From: Trichoplax adhaerens | Taxonomy: Eukaryota > Animalia > Placozoa | Direction of reading: 5' to 3' | Length of the DNA: 64,000 nt | Assembly (NCBI RefSeq): GCF_000150275.1 | Contig: NW_002060947.1 | Span: 7,859,880-7,923,879, forward strand | Shown: positions 26,966 through 40,375 of the stretch, piece after piece | Layout: every line of letters begins with the position of its first letter | How positions within the stretch are numbered: the stretch's first letter is position 1 | Program-made: the position numbers and the translations under genes | Notes under the pieces: generated by a model | What the model was told of the DNA's origin: nothing | The model's database searches: none | Seen by the model: the letters and a program-made list of their open reading frames with translations, nothing else

Positions 26966-27573
26966 AAGAACAAATTATAGTTAGGGCTGTATCAATAATG
27001 CGAGTTGATACCCTAATTTAACATTTCAATCTCTTCTATAGAATATTTTGGACTGAAAGAAGGATGCGATTGCAGCATTGCTATAGCATAGGTTTAATAA
27101 AATAAATGATATAAATATAATTCTCTGCATGTGAGCATCGATATGCAGAATTTTGATTTAAGGAGTCAATATCTTTTATTGAGGCTATAATCTTAGAAAT
27201 GCAGATATTCAATTTCTTAGAATAGCAGCTACAACCTACTGTCTATAAGTACCGATGCTTAACATGGATCAGTATCGTAGAGATTCAAAGTCAATAGACA
27301 GCAGCAAAAGTCTATCTTGGCAAAATTAAGTTAGAGTGTATTTTTACTGACTCGCTTTGGATCATAAACAATTCTAATACATCCTGTAATGGATGCAAAA
27401 GCTATCCAGAAATTTTTAATCCATTCACTAAATTACTGGTTCTAAAGATTAAAATTTATGATATCATGACTGAATAATCAGACGTATCAAATTGTATTTT
27501 AACTAATATGATTGCTTGAATTTTCTAAAGTCCATAGTTTCAATCTGTTACCTAAACAATATGGCGGACAAAC

Positions 27574-30029
27574 TTAATCGTATAATTCCATTTCGACGGG
27601 ATAATGGTCGCTAACAGCAGTGGTCTAATAAATAGCACAATAAATAGATTTAATATCAATTAGATTGTTGGCGATCATCAAAGCAGATCGAATTATTATA
27701 TTTTTATAGATAATAAAAGGTAAATTTCTATTTATTAACTTTTAAAATCGATATCAGGCCAGTTTAAGGCTAACGCACAGAAGATTGACGATCATAAAAT
27801 CATCATTTAACATTTATTCTATTTGTCTCAATTTACTTAATGGCATCTTACCTCGTCATAGCTAAGACCATACTCACTGTCAAATCGGAATACTTTAGCA
27901 GTACCGCTAACATAATCACTTTGCATACGACTACCAGCTAAAACAAGTCTGAAGACAAAATTAGAAGAAAAATTCAGGATATAGCAGATGACCAAGTATA
28001 AGTAATTACCTAAACTGTCTAAAAACTCACAATGATGCCAAGGTACAACATTAATTATACGTTACTACTTTCTATCTAGCATAAATCTATTTCATCCCTA
28101 TCACTATTATAGAATCATGACGATCGTAAACTGAAAGCCAGTAAGAATACCTGTCATAGGCACAATTGGTTGATTTAGTGGTAGTATCAGCATTACTGCC
28201 AATGACCCAGTTAAATCGGCTTTGAGTCCACAAGCGAACATAACTCCATTCACTTGATGAAATATAACTGCAATCAGCATTGAAATCACCCATAAGGATG
28301 GCGTTTGATTCGCCAAAACGAGTAGTAGCGTCATCATAAACATCAGCTAAGGCATCAGTTTCTTCGACAGCGTAGGAAGGAGAGGCATGGCAAGGGATCA
28401 GGACGAATTGCTTACCTAGGAGGTGAGAATAACTTCTATTTAGATATTTCTATTAGTATATGTTAACATATATATTACTAAATTATTTTGAATAGTAAAT
28501 GATTTTTCCATCTCGTGATTAATAGTCATTGCATTATGAAATTTACGAATTTAGTCAGAATATCGTATCTACAGCTTTTAGCGCATGACAATTTATCCGA
28601 AATTGAATATTTTCTATTGAATATCACTTTGCCAATTCGTTTGCATCATTAATAGTGCATTTAAGGCTAATAATTCCCATTTGATAGAATAACAGCAAAC
28701 TAGAGGCTTACGGAATATATTCTAACTAACCAGTAGCAGTGATTTTAAACTTAACAACAAAGGGTTCTCTGATAAAGGAATCGTCACCAGCGCTTTCATC
28801 ACCGTCATCATAGTGATAATTTCCTTGGACTGAGAATAAATCGGTCCTAGCAATGAATGTCATTAATTAAAACAAATGGAGCTTTTACTACTATTATTTA
28901 GCCGTTACTTTCTATCAAAGAATAAACAAATATACAGGCCTACCTTACCGAATAACTTATTGATTTATTATGCTAATATCATTAAGGCGATGCTTAATTA
29001 AGTAAACTTTACCTATAGAAGAAAGCATATTGCTCCTTGTAGCTGCTACGACCAAGGCGATCAGAAAGAATCATGGCATAAGAATAGCTATGACCCCTAT
29101 GAATACAATAGTGAATAGATAAGAGTTTCCCATGGTTTGCATATTCGATAGGCTTTACCAGAACTAATACTGCCGCGTTACTCATATTGATGAAAGCTAC
29201 TGTCTGTTAGATTTAAATTTTGATTAAAATAGCTAACACATAATTTTTAACAAAATCAGTTAATATTATATATATATATATTTATAAAAATTTTATGTTA
29301 CTACATCATAAGTTAAATTTTAGCTGCATTAAACAGTTACTGTATTATAAGAAAGGCGATTGATAATTCGTTAAATTTAAAGGGGATTAATTATTGCTCA
29401 ATATTTATTTATAATTGTTGCTTAGATACAGTATCTTTCTACTAATCACTTATAAAATCATTTTATTACTACACTACACTTTGCATTTTGTAGCGTTACA
29501 GTCAGAATTATCAAATAGATAAGCAAGCAATATTATAGGTACACTTTTCAATACTATAATAGCGAAAAATTATTTTAATGTAATTAAAATTCCTAATCAT
29601 AAATTACATCCACTAACAGATCTAATCTAATAATTTTTTCGTACTTATTAACTTCATCCAAAAGTGTTTGGATAGCGACGCCACTGCTGTCACGGATTTC
29701 TTGGATAAGAGTTAGATCGTAACGACGCAAGATCTAAGTCAGAAATGAAAAATCTTTCTTGAAGATTTTACCCTAGCAAACGCTCATCTTCTAGATCTAC
29801 AACATGCGTATAAGAATATGATAGCAAAATTTCCAATTCGTAATTCAAATCACTGTTTCTTATAGGCTTCTTTCTCCTGCATGCTTACCTTAACTAATTC
29901 AGCTACAACTTCTTGTTTGCCCATTTTGGTTTTGCCCAACGTTTGGATATTAAAGGCAGCAATTTTCACTTTGCCGGCTTCAGCAGCCAACGAAAAAATT
30001 GCGAGCATACAAAATAGTGCAATCTTCAT
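27574..30029 (-). CDS. DNASE1: Secreted deoxyribonuclease I family protein, paralog 1 (7 exons)
   Basis: Spliced translation: MKIALFCMLAIFSLAAEAGKVKIAAFNIQTLGKTKM..., ILRRYDLTLIQEIRD, RLGRSSYKEQYAFFYR, YDDG...FIREPFVVKF, CHASP, MGDFNADCSY, DTTTKSTNCAYDR, SDHYPVEMELYD-stop. The main DNase I catalytic motifs (E39, E78, H134, D168/N170, D212, H252 in bovine numbering) are present. Confidence 0.95.
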
Positions 30030-30096
30030 CTTGATCTCGTCAGAATTTGAAAGGAAAAGCAGCCAAAAATTATGTAAAATAAGCTCAATTTGTACG

Positions 30097-30129
30097 CTTT
30101 ATATACTTTGTCCACTGTTATGCAGCTGC
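30097..30129 (-). promoter_or_regulatory. E-box (GCAGCTGC) plus TATA core promoter of DNase paralog 1
   Basis: Minus strand reads GCAGCTGC-N12-AAAGTATATAAAG about 75 nt upstream of the ATG; the same arrangement occurs in paralog 2. Confidence 0.6.
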
Positions 30130-32286
30130 AAAGTTATTTCCTTGATAACCTATGAAACTGATTAATTATTAAAGCAGAATAGATACATTAACAGCTGCGG
30201 TATATAAATTGTAAACATTTTCGATCATTATCTATTGAATGATCCACCTTGAACGGAATTAACGTATTAAATATTAAGACATTTTTATATCTTAAAATCT
30301 GTAGTAGAGATTGAATTTTTAAAAGTATATAGCAAATTCTAAACAGTAGCTTGTACTGTAATTCTTTGATGCATATGACATTCAACTCTGAAATTTTTCA
30401 CGCCAAATCTGATTTAATCTAATCTAAAGTTATATTTTCATTTTCATTAATAAATAATTCCAAGGATTCATTTATCTGTTTATTTCTTTAAATCTAATTG
30501 ATATTTTAAGATAATCTTTAATCTTATACGGTATATGTGAGATTAGTTGCATTGTGTCTTTACTGTAAATGTTGATTATACTTAAATACAATGATTTTCA
30601 AAAGTGAATTCTAGATATTCGGTCATTTCTATCTGAATTGTTTAAATAAGCGCATTCATTTATAATTTGATTCATTCGACGAATACTCTTCTTTGGCTTT
30701 GTTTGATTTCATGTATGTGGCTACACTGTTATGTCAATATTGCCTACTAGTAGTTATTAAAGTTTCTTATTCGAAGTGAGATATCTTCTAAAATCTCTTT
30801 TATAATTCTTGTTAAAATGCGTATATTTGGACTGGATCGATCTCCTTAATTCTATCTATAAGCGTAATTACAGTAGTAAAGCTATAAGATTGTTACTAAT
30901 CACTTAGAACCATTAGGATGACAATCAATCGCCCCATTTTATCGATATAGCGCTTTTCTCTGAGATGATTATAAATCTGTTCATGCTTTTTAAAACTGGA
31001 TTGACACTTTTTTTATTTTTACTTTACTAATGCAATACTAGTATTATATTACATCGGACACAAATATAACACTACCTGTCCTGTAAATAATAGCAATAAA
31101 TATAGATAACATTTATAAGCAGCTTCTAACACATCAACATTGAAGCTTATCTTCAAATAATTTATATATTTAAATAAATTATTTATCACAGCATTAATAC
31201 TATGCTATAGAATACCGTTTACGACGTATGATATAATCCACTTATAAATTCATATGGTAGAATTTACTTTTAATATATTTTTCACATAACCTATTCTTAT
31301 TGAATGTATTATTTGTAAAAGTATTGATACCATGTTGTATGATATAATTCGCTAATTGATTAATTCGGCAGAATTTACCTTCAATATATATTTTGCATAA
31401 TGTATTCTATACCTGTTAGGAGAGAAAACTAGGATACTGAAGTCAATTACATCATAACTGTATTGATTTATCTATTCCATCTATCAAGAGATAGCTTGGA
31501 TAATCGAACTGAAACTCTGGCATTTTTAAAGTGCTAAGAGATGGTGCGATATTTATTTACCTAAGCAATTTGACTATCCAACCGATTTATTTGGCAAACT
31601 TGCTATTAGACGCATTAGGATCTGCTATTAATTTTATTTAGCCAACACTGTTTGTAAATTCTGCACAATAGTTTAATTTATATAACTTGTATGAAGAATA
31701 GCTATCTATGATAATGTATATCTCAGATTTAAAGAATTCATGCCTTATCTAGAATTTTTATCATTTTCTGTTTCTTCCTGAATTACCATGTACAAGATAA
31801 TCAGAGAATGAAATATAAACAAAGATTCAGGATATAGCAACAGAAATATTAGATATGAATGATTTTGTTTTATTAGTGTTTGATCAGAGTTTTTTAACGT
31901 GCAATGCTTATTAACTATAAAGATACAAATTTAGCCTAAAATCGAAGATTAGATAACTACAAGTTGCTATTTAACCATAGTCTAATAAGTGTATTCGACG
32001 TAAATACTATTCATAATAAGCTTAAAATAGTTTAGAAATGCCTAGATTTTCATTAGCTACCGTAACTGTCTAATTTTCAGTAATAAGAGCTTGTGCAAGG
32101 AAAGAATTAAATTACTGCTGCAATTATTTATTTGCTGAACATGAAATTGCAACGTGCACTATAGCCATCATTAACTATAGTAATACTATTCAACCCGAAA
32201 ATTACGATTTAAGTATGTAGCTGTTCATCATATTCCGGTCTAGTTGTTCCATAATTATTATTGCAATTTTGCAAGCATTTTACGCT

Positions 32287-35200
32287 TTAATCATACAATT
32301 CCATTTCGATAGGATAGTGATCGCTCACAGCGGTAGTCTATATTATAACATAAAACGAAAACAAATTTAATATTGAATCTATTTGCCTATACCGGTATCT
32401 ATTCGATAAATGACGTTTTTAATTAGCTTTCATCTTATTAAATTATATAGTATTCCTCAATAAGCTGATTTATTATGCAGTAGTCGACTCTAATGGGATA
32501 TATTTTCTGTTGTAGTCTATAGCAAGCTAGAGTTTGATAGATTTTGTAGCCTTGTACATTCAAAACGACTATTGAATGATATTTCTGAATGTAAGCGTAA
32601 AGTACAACTAAATCTTTAAACATTGAAAGTTTTAGTTAGTTTACTTTCAATCGAGCATAAAAGCCTTATTTCCTCGACTAATTACATTAAAGATTAAATT
32701 TCTGTAATCCTCTTACATTGCTGCATAACGATTTTACGTAAACAGTAAATAAGTTTCAAAAATTATTTAGTGGTATTCATTTGATTACTAGATTCCATTA
32801 ACGTATTTAATGTCTGTCAACCTCTAACGCCACTACAGTACATAATCACTACTATATTTTTTCCATCTACGCATTTCTATTCAATTAAGTGATATTTCTT
32901 ACCTCAGAGTAGCTAAGACCGTATTCAGTATCATAGCGGAAAACTTTAGCGGTGCCACTGACATAGTCAGATTGCATACGGCTTCCAACCAAAACAAATC
33001 TATTAGGTAATTAAAAAATGAAAATTTATCTTAATTATACTTTCAAGCCAATGTTAACTACTTATTGCCATAATTTATAGTATCGCTCCCACAGCGTATA
33101 TTAACTAAAGTAGCCATATAGTCATTACTAAAGTATAACATCTTATTCGATTCTTATTCGCGTACTATGGTTTAAGTTCATTTTTGTATATATCATCCAG
33201 TATAGCATTAAATAGAGCTAGATCACCATTACTTAAAGGCATCGCCTTTGTTTATCCTTAAACTTATTTTCATCCTTTTAAACATCCTCTGGTATAATTT
33301 ATCAAGGATAAGAGTAAACTATAATATCTACTATACCTGTCATAAGCGCAGTGAGTGGATTTGGTAGTGGTATCAGCACTATTGGGAATGATCCAGTTGA
33401 ATCTGGACTGAGTCCACAGACGGATATAGCTCCATTCACTTGATGTAACATAGCTGCAATCAGCATTTAAATCACCCAAAATGATAGCGTTCGTTTCACC
33501 AAGCCGACTAGTAGCATCATCATAAACATCAGTTAAAGCATCATTTTCTTCAACAGCATAGCTAGGAGAAGCATGGCAAGGAATGAGAAGGAATTGCTTG
33601 CCTAGAATTCGTGATAATATAGAAATATAGGTTTTGCAGTATTAATAGAATGATTCCATTATAATAATTTTAGTTTGGAGCTAAAATAGAGGAGTTAAAT
33701 AATCATGGCTGCAAGTATTATAGTCATTTTGCAAAATGACCGATTATCTATACGGCAACGACATGTATATATATATATATAAGATATATGTAATATTACG
33801 TTATATATCCTAAGTTGATCTATAGAGCTTAGATATATTGAGTAACAATTTTAACGAGATCACTTAACACTACAGTGATTTTAATCAAACTAAATAATTA
33901 ATTATATGTTCATGTCTATTATCGTTGAAGCACAGTAATTAATGAACGTATTTCAAAGCTGTGACTTGCGATTATCAAATATTGGATTGACATAACTTTA
34001 TAGATCTAGCAATTGATTTAAATTCTAGAACTAACTGGTACACAACCGATTTTAATCATTTTAAGTGATGAAATATATGCCCATGTCCTTTTAGTGAATG
34101 TATTGCAAGATTGCTACTTTCGATTTTGGGATATTAGATCAAAGTAACTTTACAGATTTTGCAATTGATATAAACTCTATAACTAACCGGTAGCCCTGAT
34201 TTTAAACTTGACGACGAATGGTTCTCTTTGGAAGGTATCTTCGCCAGCAGATTCGCTACCATCATCATAATGATAGTTTCCTTGAGGTGAAAACAAGTCA
34301 GACCTGGAGTTTTATGAACAAGTACAGGGTGAAGTTAAATCAATTCGCAAGTTTAAATCATAATGGAACTGATATTATCAAAGAAAAGACTAATAATATT
34401 ATTGCTGAGGTAGCTTAACAGATTTCTGTATTGAAATTTAGTATAGCTTTCATTACCTGTAAAAGAAAGCATATTGTTCCTTGGAACTGGTACGACCAAG
34501 ACGATCTGAAATGAGCATCGAATAAGAGCGAGAATGACCCCTAATTAAAAGCAAAAGGAAGGGTTTAATTCTGAGAAATTTAAATAATTTATTATCAGCA
34601 TGATATTTATAGTGTGAATGCCATGTTTCTCATTATTCAGAATAGTTAAAGATATATTGAAAACTATCACATTCTTCTATTAGATTTCAACTTAGATTGA
34701 ATCTACTGTATATGGAATTTATTCAGAAAAATAAAATCTATCTAATCATGGTAACACTTATCCTTCTGTTTCCGATTATCAAATACAAACTGCTAATGAT
34801 ATGCATCTTAGTACTCAGTGGTAGATGTACAGCATTAAAGCTCTATGTTAAGATAATAACACTAAACTTTATAATTCAATTCTGTTCCGACGTACTTTAA
34901 TCACAAAATTAGATGGAATTGTAACTAATAACAACGTTTCAGCATTATCATTGGTTAAATAAGTCGTTTCCCCGACAATTAAGCAGGCGTTATGAATAGC
35001 TATAAACTACCCGAATTAAATAAACTTCAGGTAATTACCTCAGATTTACGTTCAATAAGAAGTTAAAGTCATGATTGAGCTACACATTCAGCTTACTTGT
35101 TGACTTCGGTTAAAAGTTGTTGGATAGCGGTACCGCTGATGTCGCGGATTTCTTGAATAAGGGTCAAATCATAACGACGTAGAATCTATGCAATCAGTCA

Positions 35201-35405
35201 GTAAAAAAATTTGATTATGCTAGAAGTTTAGCGTGTATCTTAATCTATAGTAGCTGCTATTTACCTTAACCAAGTCTGCAACAACATCTGGTTTGCCCAT
35301 CTTTGTTTTACCTAAAACCTGAATGTTAAAAGCTGCAAGCTTAACCTTACCAGCTTCAGCGGCTAAGGCCAAAACAGCTAGCATACAAATGACTGCAATT
35401 TTCAT
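32287..35405 (-). CDS. DNASE1: Secreted deoxyribonuclease I family protein, paralog 2 (7 exons)
   Basis: Spliced translation: MKIAVICMLAVLALAAEAGKVKLAAFNIQVLGKTKM..., QEIRD, RLGRTSSKEQY, FQREPFVVKF, CHASP, GDLNADCSY, THCAYDR, SDHYPIEMELYD-stop. Intron positions match paralog 1. Confidence 0.95.
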
Positions 35406-35478
35406 GATGTCAAACTATTCCGAATCAAACTGATAATAAATCAAATGAAATGGAGTAGATAGTAAACGAATATTGCCT

Positions 35479-35511
35479 CCTTAAATACTTTCAAATTGAT
35501 ATTGCAGCTGC
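35479..35511 (-). promoter_or_regulatory. E-box (GCAGCTGC) plus TATA-like core promoter of DNase paralog 2
   Basis: Minus strand reads GCAGCTGC-N12-AAAGTATTTAAGG about 80 nt upstream of the ATG. Confidence 0.6.
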
Positions 35512-38500
35512 CCTTCCTTTTTAACAACTTTTCTACCTAATTAAAAATTAACTATTCTACAATATATTCATTATCAAAACATCTGCTTTGAATACATAAG
35601 TAATATATTCGTACTTTATATTTGTTACTTTAAGGTATAATTTATGAAAATATTTATAGTCAAATGAAGAATATCTATTACTCTTCTAGCAGAAGTGTGT
35701 ATGCCATGTCTAGTATAAAAAGAAAATAGACGCATGTCAATTAGTGAAAAGTCCAAAGTAATAAGACTTTCTCTCTTGGAATAACTATCATATATATATC
35801 CATAGGATCGCACAGTTAACTGATGCTTACTTTTGCTATCAGATTTAATACATCTCACAATATTAATATAGGAGCTGCCACTTACTATGCTTATTTATAG
35901 TCTAAATTTGTAATTTGTATCTATCTTTTATATAATAATAAACCAAGGCAAGGTGAATTGCAGGTGTAAATCTTGTTTTTGCAATTTAAGCTCAAAATGA
36001 TGATATTTCCAAATGCAAGAAAATATTTATTTAATAAATTTTCGCGATGATTTGTTTAACAAAGGTTCATCAATAGCTGCAGCTGTTGATGAAATACAGT
36101 TTGAGTCTAGATTTAATATTTCTCAGCATCAAAACACAATTTTAACTATTCAAATTATGTTGTATTTTACGCAAGCTAAATTGTAATTATATATATACTC
36201 TTATAAACCACCACAAAAAGTTATGAAATGACATTGTGTTTATCCTCATTTTGTCCATTCTATAATAAAAAACACATGTAAACCATTATATAAGTGCACT
36301 AAGGTTCTAGAATCATTGCTTAGTCTTGAGAAATTGGATATGAAAAAATACTGATAACGTATAAATTTTAGAATACAACCAGATCGTTACTAACAGCTTA
36401 TCTTCTTCCTAATATTTCATTAGTCAATCTGAAAATAAATTATTTTAAATTTTATTGTTTACCTTATCAGATTTTATCAATTATAAAATGTACATTTAAT
36501 TGCATTTTTGGCATACTCGGGTATGCAATTAACGTGTTGATTCTGGATCAAATCATCATATACGACTACGTATTATAATAAGATAGGATAAAATCTTAGT
36601 TGAAAACTTATCTACGTTTAAGTCAGATACAATTGCAGTTTTTTATAATTAAATATGTAATTAATAATGATTTCGTAAAGAAAGCAATTCTTTACTAACT
36701 TATTTGTTTCATTCTATCTATACTGCTACATAATATTTGTACTTAATCTATGCATGAGGCTAATTATATTCCTAGATCATCAAATATATATTAACCTAAT
36801 ATTACTTCATAGGATAATGCATAACATTCAATATTGTTACAGCGAGGATACAATAGACTGATTAAGCAAATTTAATCTTTTCGTCGGTTTGTTATTAATT
36901 TACTAGCAGAATACGTTATAAATATATCTAATATCTGCTAACAAAAATTTTAGCATCAAGTTCTTCGTAGAAATATACTAGAAATTTCATGAAAAGGTTA
37001 ATGGAAATGACGTACTTATAAATTATAAAACTCTGCTAAATTATAATAATTAACACATATTTCTCATAATTACTGCTACAAACCGTTCTGTAAATTGTCA
37101 CTTGTCGTTAAAAAGTTGATTAATAGGTATAAAAAAATTATCCTATATTTACATGGTAGCTATATTTTATGAGAAATCAATACAGGAGTTTATTAATTAT
37201 TTAAAAAGCTAAAAAACATTTTAGAGCAATAGCTGGATTACTTCGGGCCTTAAAGGATTGAATTAATTTAAAATCTATGTTATCAACAACAATAACTCAT
37301 GAACTATCTCAGATCATTTGCTATAGGTTAAATTATAAATATTATTGTCGAAAGTAAGTTAGAATATAAATGTAAGGGCTTAAATTATAAATTATGATTA
37401 CTTAACAGTATGGATAGAGGAGGAGATATGTTTAGCTGCTATTGAAAATACAGCGAATAAAAATTTTCATAAATAAATAATGATAAACCTTACTGTTGAT
37501 AATGTTACAGCAGTATGACAGAATTTGCCTTAGTCTTACTGGATATCTCAGCTTTAAGAAAATGGCATTAAATGATTTATTATCTTTTTTGTTTTGTTTC
37601 AAGTGCTATTGCCAAACTATAGCTGTCCAAATTGTTATTATAGGAGTTGTTATTTAATAAAGAAGAAAATATCCTTATCTAAGAATGCCTTAATTTTTTA
37701 TATTCCGTAAATATTCTAATAGGAGATATCGATCTACAATAACGATAGAACTGTTAATCCACTTATCAAACATTTAGATTCCTGTTATCGTATTCTACTA
37801 GTTAGTTTATATACTTATAAATTTACTTCACACTATTCTCGATATAAATTAATTTTATATGAAAGTAACTAAAGGTGATAGGATCTATACAAGAATATAT
37901 TACTTTATCCATACATCTCTATCACAAAACAGCTTTGCAACAAGATAACGTAATGTACGATCAATAAGTCAATTCCTTGAACCACGTATCAAGAAACGAT
38001 ATCTGCACTATCACAAACACTCTTGCTCTACTAGCAAATTACACAAAGACTTAAACACCTCGTATTTTACGTTAAACACTAAGTTTAAGAATCCCGTTTA
38101 TTACGCGATATACTGCATTTATATACTATTCCTCAATAGTTCATGAGTCATAGTTAATACAATTAACATTGGAATCGTTTACTGAATTAGATATTAATTT
38201 TAGCTACTGCTCCCTTAATGCAGACAACAGTATTTACCAACATAGACATGTAATGACTAATACAGAATAGCCAGATTACGATATGTCCTATCACGGAACA
38301 TTTCCATAATAATTTACAATCTACCATAAGTAAATTACAATCACAATGATTCGAACTGTAAGTAGATGATTTGCATTCCCTATTATGACTATTAATTTCA
38401 GTATGTGTATATGTGTCACTGTCATAAAAAGTCAGTACTATATTAAAATACAGTATATCCAAATTAGAAGTTAACTAAATAAGGATAGGCTAACAGGATT

Positions 38501-40204
38501 ATCCTAACATAGATATTTCTACTCTAATACAGCATATAACACTGTAACAATCTCATACGTTCATGATAATTTAGAACTGTGTGCAATTTATGATTTAGTA
38601 AAGCGTATATATTGATATAACATCGATGTTGTTAACCCTATTACTATAAATACCTACTCAAGGATTATTTAAACTTACTTTCATATCTCATTAAAAGCTG
38701 CAGAGACTTCGTTAGATATTAAGTTTGAAGATAGTTTGATCAGTTTTAACATTTTTACACCACTCTAAAATGGATTGAGTGTCAAGCATCGTATGGAGTT
38801 TTAAATTAAGCACAAATTATTAATCATATGAAGTGATTATAAGATTCCGCCTAATAGTTGCGATTACTGTGCTTTGATGAGGGTCAACAGTAGATAATTT
38901 TCGAAACGTAATTGTCACACACCACTAGTGACAAAGTAGTCTACACACGCCAATCCTTGCGGAGAACGCCACTTACTAACTTAAAGAGGCGAGATTAGCT
39001 ATATCACCAAATAATTCAGTTCCAACGACCGAATACTATGGTATAATTATAGCGTTACAGATGATGTAGACGAGATAGTCAGAGATTTACTATCATTTAT
39101 TACTGAAGGAATTTTGGCACCCAAGATTATAGTCTTTACAATTAAAATATCAATTGAAAAACTAGTTGACTATCTAACCGACTAACGAACTAAAAAGGAA
39201 TCTTCAGGCACCAGCCTTTTATAGTCTCGTCAGAAACTCCTGGTGCACATAATATAAAAGTATCCTTTTAAAGTTATAATTAGGACGAGCTTACGCATCG
39301 TAACAGTAATACATAAAATTAGAAATGGATCATTCTACATAGGATATCAATAACTAAAAAGAAGATATGCGCATGAATCGTGATTCTATTCGGGTAATTA
39401 AATATCCATAGCTAATAAATGATTTACAGCTTGAAATAAGCTACTATGGTCTAGCGTTGATCTCAATTACTTTGATTGTCATCCCCGAATAATACCGAAA
39501 GTCGATAATTTTCAGATACAATATTACGTTGTAGCTTTAAAATATGCTCTATACACAAGACTATAACATATGACTTTGTAATAAAGAAGTTTGAAGAGTC
39601 AACGATTGCGTACTTAGCAGCTATTTACAAAATTTCACGAAGGGTTTTATTAGAAAAATGGATACTTTATTGTAGATAATAACTGGGTATAAAGTAGCAG
39701 TCCCTGATAGATCAGCACGCAAGCTGTCGTGAAGTAATGCCTGTGGATAGCAACACTACAAGTGCAACAGACAAATCTGAAACAAAAATCATCAGTATTT
39801 ATAGTCTTTGAGATAGAATACATGTAGAGAATAGAATTATAGAATTACATACAACGTATCCTATAATAGACTATGTAATAGCAAATGATTGTAAGAAATA
39901 GCAAAGACTGTAGGTGCTATAAATTACTAAATGTAACAAGCTATATTTGAATATAGTTGAAATAGACTATAAAAATATCTATATTAAGAACAATACAATA
40001 TACTTATAATTAAGAATATGTTATGAACTTATACTGCGATCTAAATACATTACAGTCTTAATTTAAGATTAATTTATATTGTACAATATTTCCTGTAAAT
40101 TAGTTAGAATGAATAGCTAATGAGTCAATTTTTTCGTATATAATCGTATTTGCTATTGTTATGAGCTAGATACTGCTTAGAATGTCGTAAATTTCGTCAA
40201 TAGC

Positions 40205-40375
40205 CACAAATTTCGCAAGCGAATTGACATAATCAGCAAAGAAATATATTTGGGCATTTCGCANATTGACTAGGCATTTCGCGAACTGACTAGGCATTTC
40301 GCAAATTAACTAGGCATTTCGCGAACTGACTAGGCATTTCGCGAATTGACTGGATTTCGTACTTGGACGGTAACA
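40205..40375. repeat. 20-bp minisatellite (GGCATTTCGCRAAYTGACTA, about 5 copies), possibly the end of a non-autonomous element
   Basis: Near-perfect 20-bp period from 40253 to 40350, with an ambiguous n at 40264, followed by CGTACTTGGACGGTAACA. Confidence 0.8.

Noticed and set aside
24014-27573. Search for kinase or SAM exons downstream of receptor B
   Set aside because: No GxGxxG, HRDLAARN, DFG or SAM-like exon is visible before the convergent DNase gene.
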